DNA of 53,987 nt from a bacterium. Lineage in GTDB: Bacteria > Zixibacteria > MSB-5A5 > GN15 > FEB-12. Shown one piece after another: positions 18,571 through 27,475 of this stretch. The notes under the pieces were generated by a model. The model was not told the DNA's origin. It made no database searches and saw only the letters and a list, made by a program, of their open reading frames with translations. A program made the position numbers and the translations under genes. The stretch covers positions 1 to 53,987 of the forward strand of contig JBDRNJ010000060.1 of assembly GCA_043811375.1 (NCBI GenBank), read 5' to 3'. Within the stretch, counting starts at the first letter, position 1. Each line of letters opens with the position of its first letter.

Positions 18571-18831
18571 CTGATACCTCTACCGGCAGGTTTACAGTTG
18601 CTTTTATTAACCACCTTACTGTACGTCTCTCAGACGCTGCCGTTGCAGATTTGTTTAATAACAGCGATCGTCGATTGCAGTGAGAAAGATGCTCGACCGA
18701 CAGACCGGTTTTTGTTGCTGTCAAGCGTCCCGAACCGTTCCTTGTCAGGGTTGTATGACTGAGTGAGAAAGTGTTTCTGTACCTATATTTATTGCGCCCG
18801 ATATTGCTCCCACCCGCAGCCTGAGGTGGTC

Positions 18832-20094
18832 ATGATAGCTGCTCGCCGATATCAATGGATATGGCTGGCTGTCTGGCTGTTGACTGCTGTCTCAGTCGGC
18901 CAGGCGGAGGATTCTGTACCAGTAAGCACCGTACTGGACCTCTACCAGCACGTTCAGCAGCCCCAATTACAACAGACGTTGACGGAACTGTTCCCGGAGT
19001 CGGAGGGGTATCAGGTTACTGGCCCGCTGTGGCCGGGAAATGGCAGATACCCAGCACTGCTGCAATCAGTACGGATTATATGTCCTGATCAGGAAACCTA
19101 CCTGAGAGCTGTTGACAAGCTGGATAATCAAATAATTCTTCCCTTTCTGTCAATTGAGAAACATGACAACACTACCGGCCTCTATGGATATCGTGGTGCC
19201 CTCGTGAAGCTGGATTCCGGACGCACCGGGCCATTTGTGCAGATCAATACGACTCAGCAGACACGCTGGCTGATATGGGCCAGCCGCAGCATTCTTGTCC
19301 ATAGTCCGAACATGGACACCGTCAACGATGAGTCCCGTCGTGTCTATAGCCAGGCGGTTTCAGATTACCTGTATGTAATCGATACCGGCAACCTGCTGGC
19401 TGAACCGCCGGCTGCAGATGACTACGGTGTTCCCGACGAGTGGGATTTCTATGGCCCACCACCGCAGTACGTCATCGAGGGATATGAGAACTACCGGGCG
19501 TTTATGCACGCTCACCGTGAGATCAAGCTCGATTTCGCAAGCGGTGTTACGAATTTCGTAGCCACCGACGAGATACTTAAACGGCTCAAAGAAAATGCTC
19601 CGGAGACCTGCTTCCGCAACAAGGAAGCGGCTTTTCTGCAGCAGGAGTACCGCGAGTTTTTTGAACGCGGCGGCGACGTGCGAGAAATGAATACTTTGAC
19701 TCAGTCGGGGCTGGACACACTTTCTCCGGGCGAATACCTCTATACCGTTAGTGTATCCGGCTCGATCCGGTTCGTGCGCGAACTGTCGCGCCGGGAGGCG
19801 GCTGAGATTGAAAAACGGACCGGCCGTGCGGCTGCTCGCGCCAACCACGCATTTCTATTTCCCGGTGAGCCGGTGCTGACGGCCGGAGCCTTTTTTGTGG
19901 AGACCCTACATCCCCGTCGGATATCCCGCGTAAATATCGATACCGGGCACTATTTCTTCAGCAACAGCACTCCGTCGATACGCGAGGACATAGCCGTACA
20001 TTCCGATTACTATCTGTTGAGCCTGGGTCATTTCTTCAGGGCGCTGGACAGCCTGGGCATTGGGTACGATGATATATTAGTAAGCAAACTGTAA
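18832..20094 (+). CDS. Exported hypothetical protein (degenerate RelA/SpoT-like region plus C-terminal H..AG..GHY domain)
   Basis: GAGGTGG RBS before ATG 18832 and a signal peptide ending GQA. The domain resemblances are by eye only. Confidence 0.75.
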   Translation: MIAARRYQWIWLAVWLLTAVSVGQAEDSVPVSTVLDLYQHVQQPQLQQTLTELFPESEGYQVTGPLWPGNGRYPALLQSVRIICPDQETYLRAVDKLDNQIILPFLSIEKHDNTTGLYGYRGALVKLDSGRTGPFVQINTTQQTRWLIWASRSILVHSPNMDTVNDESRRVYSQAVSDYLYVIDTGNLLAEPPAADDYGVPDEWDFYGPPPQYVIEGYENYRAFMHAHREIKLDFASGVTNFVATDEILKRLKENAPETCFRNKEAAFLQQEYREFFERGGDVREMNTLTQSGLDTLSPGEYLYTVSVSGSIRFVRELSRREAAEIEKRTGRAAARANHAFLFPGEPVLTAGAFFVETLHPRRISRVNIDTGHYFFSNSTPSIREDIAVHSDYYLLSLGHFFRALDSLGIGYDDILVSKL

Positions 20095-20124
20095 GTCACT
20101 ACACCAGGTTTTCATGAGGTTAGT

Positions 20125-21021
20125 TTGATTCGCTCTGGAATTATTGGGAAGACTCATTTTATCACCACCGCCGGACGGTTGTGCCTTCTGAGGCCGGTGG
20201 TGCTGACGCTGGTCTTATTGCTGTTGCCGGCGGCACCGATCGATGCCACCGATTTTTTGTCCAGCTCGGAGGTAGCCTATATATCTCTGGGCTCGGCATC
20301 GGTGCTGGGTTTGGGCCAGTGGGCCAAGAAATTCGACAGCAGCCGGACATCGCTTATCACCGGCCCGCTGCCGGTTGAAATGAGAGTTCAGAAACTGCTG
20401 GGCGGTGACTATCCGAAAGACCAGCGGAACAATTTTCTCAATCATACGCTGGGTTCCATGTACACGCCGTCTATCGGTGCGGTAGCGCTATTGGCTATCG
20501 ATGCCACCCGCGGTGAGGAGGACTCTCATCGCCGGGCGGCGCAAAACATGTTCCTGTATTTTTCCGGCCTGGCCGCTACAAAAGGTGTCACCGGCATCTT
20601 CAAGGGTCTGTTCGCGCGACCGCGGCCGTATGTCTGTTTCGAGACCGACCCCGCCCGTCAACTATCGGGAAAAGGCTACGCCCGCGACCATCAGTCGTTT
20701 TTCTCGGGGCATACTTCGAGCGCCTTTTTTGCGATGGCGTTCCTGAACAAGCGTATCCGGGGGGTGATGCGTCAGGAAATGAGCACTCAGGAATACCGTA
20801 CCTGGCGCTGGGCACCATCGGCTTTTCTGCTCGGCTGGGCCTCGTTTGTCGGCCTGAGCCGTATACAAGCCCATCAGCATTTCCTGTCCGACGTTGTGGC
20901 GGGGGCGCTGGCCGGGTATTTGATAGCGGAGTTGTACTATTCTTTCGCAGATGAGATCAGCCGCCGGGGTATCGACAGCAGTCAGCAGGGAACGTTGCTG
21001 AGAATCACATTCGCTTTCTGA
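20125..21021 (+). CDS. PAP2-family phosphatase
   Basis: C1 KGLFARPRP, C2 SFFSGH, C3 SRIQAHQHFLSDV, plus hydrophobic helices. Confidence 0.9.
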   Translation: MIRSGIIGKTHFITTAGRLCLLRPVVLTLVLLLLPAAPIDATDFLSSSEVAYISLGSASVLGLGQWAKKFDSSRTSLITGPLPVEMRVQKLLGGDYPKDQRNNFLNHTLGSMYTPSIGAVALLAIDATRGEEDSHRRAAQNMFLYFSGLAATKGVTGIFKGLFARPRPYVCFETDPARQLSGKGYARDHQSFFSGHTSSAFFAMAFLNKRIRGVMRQEMSTQEYRTWRWAPSAFLLGWASFVGLSRIQAHQHFLSDVVAGALAGYLIAELYYSFADEISRRGIDSSQQGTLLRITFAF

Positions 21022-21041
21022 CCTCCGGTCGTATCGGAGGT
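21021..21041. terminator. Hairpin between convergent genes (possible bidirectional terminator)
   Basis: ACCTCCGG-TCGTA-TCGGAGGT; no clear U-tract. Confidence 0.4.
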
Positions 21042-21048
21042 GGCGGTA

Positions 21049-21537
21049 TCAGCTAAAAGTTTTGAGGATTTCCTTCTGCATTTCCTGCAGTTCCGCGTAA
21101 GCCGCGTTGATCAGAAGTATTTTCTCGTTGAGCTTCTTCATCAGTTCCTGTCGCTCTATTCCATTGCGCAGATCCAGGAGAATTTCGTCGTTATCCCACG
21201 GTTTTTCGATATACCGATAGAGCCCGACATCGTTGATGGCCTTAATAGCGTTTTCCTTGTCGGCGTAGCCGGTCAGAATAATCCGTGGGACTTCCGGCTT
21301 TATTTCTCTGACCCGGGCCAGAAACTGAATGCCGTTCATCTCCGGCATCAGGTAATCGGACACCACCAGATCAATATCGTTGTTCCTGATAAACTCCAGG
21401 GCCTCCCGGGCTGAGGTGAAGACTTTAACAGTGTAATCGGTTTCCAGGCTCAGGAAGGCGCTGAGACTGGTCAGCACCATCTCCTCGTCATCGACGATCA
21501 CAATCGTATTGGTGGAGGTTGTGTCAGCCATTGTCAT
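21049..21537 (-). CDS. Response regulator (receiver plus short coiled coil, no DNA-binding domain)
   Basis: IVIVDDE, VVSDYLMPEMNG, ILTGY, YIEKPW. Confidence 0.93.
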   Translation of the reverse strand: MTMADTTSTNTIVIVDDEEMVLTSLSAFLSLETDYTVKVFTSAREALEFIRNNDIDLVVSDYLMPEMNGIQFLARVREIKPEVPRIILTGYADKENAIKAINDVGLYRYIEKPWDNDEILLDLRNGIERQELMKKLNEKILLINAAYAELQEMQKEILKTFS

Positions 21538-21550
21538 CTATCTCCTGTCA

Positions 21551-22777
21551 TTATCGGACGGTGACTGCCAAAATGGTAACGTCGTCATCGACCGCCCCGG
21601 CAGTGAACTGCTGTACCGTTTCCCCCAGTACAGTTGCCGGGCCGATGTCTGATTCCAGGCCGGGAAGCGCAGTCAACTGCTCCGACAGGGCCGTTTCACC
21701 ATAACGGTCACCTTCCGGATTCTGAGCTTCACTAAGACCGTCAGTGTATATAATCAAACTGTCGCCGATGTCAAGTGTGACGGTAGTTTCCTCTCCGGGC
21801 TGATAGAGTTCCTCCCCGGCAAACCCCAGCAGCAGCCCTTCGCCGGCTATCAATTCGGCTCGTCCGGTTGACCGGCAGAGGATGTACGGGTGTGGCAGCC
21901 CACTGTTAGCCACGGTGCACAGGCGACGGTCGGTATTGATAATCGCCACTGCCGCCGCCACGAAGGAACCGGTCGGCAGACCGGTGCGTAACATGTTGTT
22001 CATACCGGCCAGTATCCCGGCCGGCGAAGCAGCAGTGCCGGAAAACGACCCAAAGGCAAACTTCAGCAGCGCCGTGCTCAACGCCGCCTGAATACCATGG
22101 CCCATAACATCAGCCAGCAGGAGCGCCAGTTGGTGGTCGCCCAGGTCAATGATATCGTAGAAATCCCCGCCCACTTCCATCGCCGGTCGGTAAAAAACAT
22201 CAAAGGTGAAAGCCGCAGCCTGCGGCAGAGATGACGGCAACAGTTTCTTCTGCACCGCAGCAGCCATATGCAGTTCGCGCTTCATGAAATTGTCACGCTC
22301 GAACAACTCATCGCGCTGACGCAGGACATCGTTGAGTTCATTAATCTTTTCCCGCAAGAGTTCCTGCCGGCTCCTGGACGTTATGGCATTGTCTATCACC
22401 AGTTTCAACTGATCGATATCCCACGGTTTTTCGACGTACTGGAAAAGCCCCACCTCGTTGATGGCCCGGATGGCGTTTTCCTTGTCGGCATAGCCGGTCA
22501 ACAGGATTCGCAGTGTATCGGGATGCAGTTTCTTGACGGCCGCGAGAAATCGCAGCCCGTTCATGTCGGGCATCAGAAAATCGGAAATTACCAGATCGAC
22601 CTGCCTTTGCCGAAGCAAACGCAGTGCCTCTTCCGGTGACTGGAACGTATGGACTTCATACTCCGTTTCCAGTTGCAGAAACGACATCAAGCTCCGGGTA
22701 ACAATCTCTTCGTCATCGACAATGACGATAACGCCGCCGGCCCGGCTGCGGGTCTTGTCTCCGGAGGCGTCGTTCAT
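21551..22777 (-). CDS. Response regulator fused to a SpoIIE/PP2C (RsbU-like) phosphatase
   Basis: REC domain, then VGGDFYD, ADVMGHGIQAAL, YTDGLSEA and DDDVTIL. Confidence 0.95.
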   Translation of the reverse strand: MNDASGDKTRSRAGGVIVIVDDEEIVTRSLMSFLQLETEYEVHTFQSPEEALRLLRQRQVDLVISDFLMPDMNGLRFLAAVKKLHPDTLRILLTGYADKENAIRAINEVGLFQYVEKPWDIDQLKLVIDNAITSRSRQELLREKINELNDVLRQRDELFERDNFMKRELHMAAAVQKKLLPSSLPQAAAFTFDVFYRPAMEVGGDFYDIIDLGDHQLALLLADVMGHGIQAALSTALLKFAFGSFSGTAASPAGILAGMNNMLRTGLPTGSFVAAAVAIINTDRRLCTVANSGLPHPYILCRSTGRAELIAGEGLLLGFAGEELYQPGEETTVTLDIGDSLIIYTDGLSEAQNPEGDRYGETALSEQLTALPGLESDIGPATVLGETVQQFTAGAVDDDVTILAVTVR

Positions 22778-24000
22778 GGCGGATCAACCGGCAGTGTCAA
22801 GCGGATAACAGCCCCCCGGCCCGGTTCACTATCTACGTCAATACGGCCGTGGTGAGCCTCGATTATCTGATATACGATCGACAAACCCAATCCGGTGCCC
22901 ACACCCGATCCTTTGGTCGTGAAGCCGGGATCGAATATCCGTTTAACCGTTTCGGCGTTCATGCCCCGGCCGGTATCGATAAACTCAACCACCACCTGTC
23001 CGTTACCGTGTCTGGTTCTGATAGTGATGGTGCCTTTGCCTTCGATAGCCTGACTGGCATTAACCAGAAGGTTCATAAATACCTGGTTGAGTTGATTGGG
23101 GAAGCAACTGATCGGAGGGATGTCGCCATACTCCCTGACCACCGTGATGCGGTCCCTCAGTTCATGATTAACCAGCGTCAGGGTGTTTTCCAGACCCTCC
23201 CGGATGTCCACCCGATCCATTTCGGATTGATCCAGCCGAGCAAAGCGTCTCAGACTGTTGACAATACCGACGATTCGCTCCGAGGCCGTCTGGTTAATAT
23301 CGTTAAGCTGCTTGATCTTGTCGAACAGTTGTTGCAGTTGCGTGTTCTCACGCATTTCAGTCGGTGCCCCGGCATCGGTGACAATGTTGTGCATTTTATT
23401 CAGGGTACGCATGAACAGATCGGTGTTGCTCCTCAACGCCCCCAGGGGAGTGTTGATTTCGTGAGCGACACCGGCAACCAGATTACCCAGCGAGGCCATT
23501 TTCTCGGCCTGTATGAGTTGCGTCTGCTTCTGCTGTAGCTCGCGGGTGCGCTCGCGGACTCTCTGTTCCAGACCCTGGTTGGCTTCCTCGAGAGCCGTTT
23601 TTAATCGGTGGCGTTCCGTAATATCGCGGCAGATACGCTGGATGATCCGCCGACCTCCATAGGTAATTACAGCAGCGCTCACTTCGATACGAACCAGTTG
23701 CCCGTCTTTTCTCAGCAGATTCATTTCACTGCAGGTGCCACGGCCAGTCTCAACAACATGCTCAAAGAGCTTCCTGGCCGAGTCTTCTTCCTCCGAGGGA
23801 TGGAGATTCCAGACCTTTCCGCCGATCAGTTCCCCGCCGGAGTAACCGGTCAATTCTTCTCCTTTGGGATTTACTTCAAGGATAGTGCCGTCCCTGGGGT
23901 CGATGGCAAAGATGGCATCGTTGGCCAACTCGATCATCTTGCGGTACTTCTCTTCGGATTCCCGCAGATGGGCTATCTCTTTGTGGTCTGCTTCGGTCAC
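22774..24000 (-). CDS. Cytoplasmic PAS histidine kinase
   Basis: PAS domain, EKMASLGNLVAGVAHEINTP, QLNQVFMNLLVNA, DTGRGM, FDPGFTTK, GTGLGL. Confidence 0.95.
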   Translation of the reverse strand: MTEADHKEIAHLRESEEKYRKMIELANDAIFAIDPRDGTILEVNPKGEELTGYSGGELIGGKVWNLHPSEEEDSARKLFEHVVETGRGTCSEMNLLRKDGQLVRIEVSAAVITYGGRRIIQRICRDITERHRLKTALEEANQGLEQRVRERTRELQQKQTQLIQAEKMASLGNLVAGVAHEINTPLGALRSNTDLFMRTLNKMHNIVTDAGAPTEMRENTQLQQLFDKIKQLNDINQTASERIVGIVNSLRRFARLDQSEMDRVDIREGLENTLTLVNHELRDRITVVREYGDIPPISCFPNQLNQVFMNLLVNASQAIEGKGTITIRTRHGNGQVVVEFIDTGRGMNAETVKRIFDPGFTTKGSGVGTGLGLSIVYQIIEAHHGRIDVDSEPGRGAVIRLTLPVDPP

Positions 24001-24032
24001 GATTCAGGCCATCAATTCAGTAATCAAGGTAG

Positions 24033-24473
24033 TTATCGTTTGTTCTCCGAGGTCGAGATTTTGTCGAACACGATGCGCAGTCGGCGCGCCACTGTTTTGA
24101 GAACTCCCTGGGCGATCTGAACATGGTCGGCCAGCAAATCGACAAATTCTTCACGATCAAGGCGCAACAGATGTGAGTCCTCTTCGGCGGTGGCGGTCAC
24201 CAGGCGCACTTCTTCATCGAACAGGGCCCAGGTACCAAACGCCTCCCTGGCGACAGCGACAGTGATTTCCCGGTCGGCCTGGTGCAGCCGCACACGTCCG
24301 TCCAGCACCAGGTATAAAGCATCGGAGTACTCGTTCTCATGGTAGATGACATCACCCTTGAGAACATTCATTTCCTCGGCGATTGTGGCCATGGTGGCCA
24401 GTTGTTCGGTGGGCACTTCGGAGAAAACATCTACGTTCTGCAGAAATATAACCTTTTCAACTACCGTCAGCAT
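24033..24473 (-). CDS. Stand-alone cyclic-nucleotide-binding domain protein
   Basis: MLTVVEKVIFLQNVDVFS..LYLVLDGRV..FGTWALFDEEVRLVTATA. AAAGGAG RBS before ATG 24473. Confidence 0.9.
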   Translation of the reverse strand: MLTVVEKVIFLQNVDVFSEVPTEQLATMATIAEEMNVLKGDVIYHENEYSDALYLVLDGRVRLHQADREITVAVAREAFGTWALFDEEVRLVTATAEEDSHLLRLDREEFVDLLADHVQIAQGVLKTVARRLRIVFDKISTSENKR

Positions 24474-24537
24474 CGCCGCGACTCCTTTCACATAAAGTAA
24501 CATCATAATAGACTGACAGTTCAACCATAATCGATTT

Positions 24538-27291
24538 TCAACCGGCGTCCTCGGCCAGTACCAGACGGGCGGTTTCCGCTATCATCGGGTCGACATCGTC
24601 GGACGATGCCGCCACCAGTTTCCGCAGGCGCTCTGTCATCTTTCCCCGGGTGCTGTAAATAGCGCAGCATCGGAGCCACCTGTCACGGCCGGTAATCAGG
24701 CCGGCCAGACCTTCCTCCCAGTCACCGCTGCCCAGATCGAACAACTTCTGTGCTCGTCGCAGCACCAACTCGTCCGAGACGTCATCCAGAATCGGCAGAA
24801 TGTATTTCTTGAGATCTGATTTCAACAAGTTGTCCAGCAGTTCCACGGCATTGGCGTAAAGTGTTTTGCTTCCGCTGACGATTCTATGATAAGCATTGTA
24901 TACGTCTCGTGGCGGATAAACCAGCCCCAGCAAACGAAATATCCGTTCCAGATTCTGCTGCTGTTTTTCTTCCAGCGCCTTTGTCAGTAAACGCACTGCC
25001 GGGTTGTCATCCCGATCATCGCGATTGTGCAGCATCTGCAAGATTTCGTAGTAGTGCCGGGTTTCGCTGATCAGGGACTTCTTAAGTTGTCGGGGATCAA
25101 ACCGTAAGTCGGAGTACCGAGCGCGCAGGCGATTGAGTCCCTTAATAATATGGTATCTCAGCCGGATATCGGCATTTTCCAGCGATATGGTAAGCACGTC
25201 CACCGATTGCTGCACTGGTATCCCGGCCAGTACCCGGGGGATATTGCAGCGTACCGTCATCGGTGTCGTCGTATCGTCGAGGTAATCCTGCAAGGTACCC
25301 AGAACGCTGTCACCGAAAGCCGTCAGGGCACTCCTGGCCGCCGCACGATAGTCGCGGTCGCCCAGTTTGCCCACCAGCCAGGGAACATGCAGCCGGGCCC
25401 TGAGTTGCCCGATCGTACCTATCGCCTCTCTCACGACAGGCGGCGACGGATCGTCGAGCAGCCGACTGAGATAAGCGTCACCGAATGAACCATCCAGCGT
25501 TCCCAGGATTCTGGCCAGTTGCTGCCGACCCTCCTGAGCCTCAGAGCCGGTGGCCGTGAGAATCGACTCGATCAGGTCGTGGCTGATCAGCTTCCGTTCG
25601 CGACCGGTACCGTGCATCGCCACAAAGGCCATGGCCGCCAAACGAATTCTTTCTTCGCGATGATGAAGAAACCCCTTCAGTTTTTGCTCGGCATCATCCG
25701 GCGAGTGAAGGTGGATGAAATGGACGGCTTCCCGACGAACCTGTGGATCTTCATCGGCCAGCAGTTTCTCAACTTCGCCCAGCAGCGAGCTGTCACCGTG
25801 CGATTGCAGCAATTGCAGAGCCTTACAACGAACCACCGATGACGCGTGCACCAGCAGCGGTCTTACCGGCCACATCAGTTCTACGTCCCTGACCGAAACC
25901 AGCATCTCCAGAGCGTATACTACCTGGCGTTCGTTAATGCTGCCCAGGGAGGCAATCAGAGCGTTGACCGTCCCGGTATCATTGATGGGCACGGTCAGTT
26001 CGCTGAGATCAATAGTCCGTCGGATGATAGCGTTACGGAAAGAGTTGATGTACTCCCGACGCATCATGAACACCAGCACCAGCCACACCGCCAGGAGCGC
26101 TATCACTACCAGACTGATGCCGCGAAGGCCCATACCAAAGACCATGGTGAACAGTAACAGCAATCCGCCGGCCAGTCCGCGAAACCAGCGATCGACGAAC
26201 ATGTCGATAAACAGCTTGGTGCGCTTCTTGACTTCGAGAGGGACAGGTAGAAACAACAGTTCGCGACCAGTTTTGTCCAGCGAGTTCCTCAGGCTCAGGT
26301 CGGTGCCGCGCAAGAGAACCGCCACCATCAGACCCGGCGCCACCAGCATGGCTACCGTGCCCAGCGCCAGGCAGGCAGGTAGCAACATGATCACTCCGAC
26401 GACGCCGATCGTTCGGATCAGTCGGTAACTGAGAAACAACTGCAGCACCAGTGCCACGAGATTGAGGCGACCGTAAAACTTGCCCAGAAAAGCTGTCAGC
26501 GCCGGTTCGGTGTCAAAAGACTGTTCTGCGATGGTCTTGAATTGGAAATCAACAATTGATCCGATCATCATCATGACAGCGATGATACCGACGGTGATCG
26601 ACAGGTGGCGTGAACGATACAGCAGTTGCAACGTTCGGCTTAGTTTGTCCTTCTGCGGCTCGCCCGTCCGGCGGACCGCTCCCGGCTCGACATCGGTCGT
26701 TCTCCGTGACCAGATCAGACCTACCAGGATAGTACTGATGACCATCAGCGCCATGCAAACGAAAAGCAGGTCTTCGGTGTTGACGGCCTTCGTCACTATA
26801 CCGGTCACCTCACCACCGGTGACAGCCCCCGCCGTTCCGGCCAGACCCAGCAGCACAAAAATCCGCTTGGCCTGTGAGGCGTCGTAAATATCGTTGGCCA
26901 GAAGCCAGAATTGTGATGTCGTGAGCAATCCGAAGATACTGACCCAGGTGTAGAATAAATAGTAAACCCAGGGGTGATCTTGCCCAATCAACCAACGCAG
27001 CACCAGCAGACTGACGATCAGGATACCGGTGGTGATATTGATCAGCCGGTTAAGCGACCAGCGTCTGCTTGCTCGCGAGTAAAGAGTGACTATCGGTACT
27101 GTGACCAGGGCGATCAGTATGAAAACCAGCGGTAGCTGCTCTGAGGAGACGTTGATCAGGAATAACGAATCACGGGCCGGTTTCAGCAGGAACAGGGTGA
27201 CCAGGATCAGAAAGTAGTTGAGACCCATCAGGGCGGTGATGCCGATTTCACCCCGGCGAATATCGGGCATGTAGCTGAGTAATTTTCTCAT
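24538..27291 (-). CDS. NTT/ATP-ADP translocase-like (TLC) MFS carrier fused to HEAT repeats
   Basis: LLKPARDSLFL, SQFWLLANDIYD..QAKRIF, VDFQFK, SLDKTGRELLFLPVP, K.FID.FVDR. About 12 TM helices, then DEDPQVRREA-type HEAT repeats. Confidence 0.9.
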   Translation of the reverse strand: MRKLLSYMPDIRRGEIGITALMGLNYFLILVTLFLLKPARDSLFLINVSSEQLPLVFILIALVTVPIVTLYSRASRRWSLNRLINITTGILIVSLLVLRWLIGQDHPWVYYLFYTWVSIFGLLTTSQFWLLANDIYDASQAKRIFVLLGLAGTAGAVTGGEVTGIVTKAVNTEDLLFVCMALMVISTILVGLIWSRRTTDVEPGAVRRTGEPQKDKLSRTLQLLYRSRHLSITVGIIAVMMMIGSIVDFQFKTIAEQSFDTEPALTAFLGKFYGRLNLVALVLQLFLSYRLIRTIGVVGVIMLLPACLALGTVAMLVAPGLMVAVLLRGTDLSLRNSLDKTGRELLFLPVPLEVKKRTKLFIDMFVDRWFRGLAGGLLLLFTMVFGMGLRGISLVVIALLAVWLVLVFMMRREYINSFRNAIIRRTIDLSELTVPINDTGTVNALIASLGSINERQVVYALEMLVSVRDVELMWPVRPLLVHASSVVRCKALQLLQSHGDSSLLGEVEKLLADEDPQVRREAVHFIHLHSPDDAEQKLKGFLHHREERIRLAAMAFVAMHGTGRERKLISHDLIESILTATGSEAQEGRQQLARILGTLDGSFGDAYLSRLLDDPSPPVVREAIGTIGQLRARLHVPWLVGKLGDRDYRAAARSALTAFGDSVLGTLQDYLDDTTTPMTVRCNIPRVLAGIPVQQSVDVLTISLENADIRLRYHIIKGLNRLRARYSDLRFDPRQLKKSLISETRHYYEILQMLHNRDDRDDNPAVRLLTKALEEKQQQNLERIFRLLGLVYPPRDVYNAYHRIVSGSKTLYANAVELLDNLLKSDLKKYILPILDDVSDELVLRRAQKLFDLGSGDWEEGLAGLITGRDRWLRCCAIYSTRGKMTERLRKLVAASSDDVDPMIAETARLVLAEDAG

Positions 27292-27475
27292 CGCATCAGG
27301 TGTTGACTACTATCACACATCATCGTCACGCTGGAATCGATCGTTTGCTGCTATTGTCGTTTATCCGGTAAGTTAATCAGGATCGGTCGGCAAAGCAATC
27401 GGTTCATCGGCTGTTGTGTCCGAAACGGATCAGACAGCGGTAGTTGTTATCAGCGAACTCTGATCAAGGCGGCTG

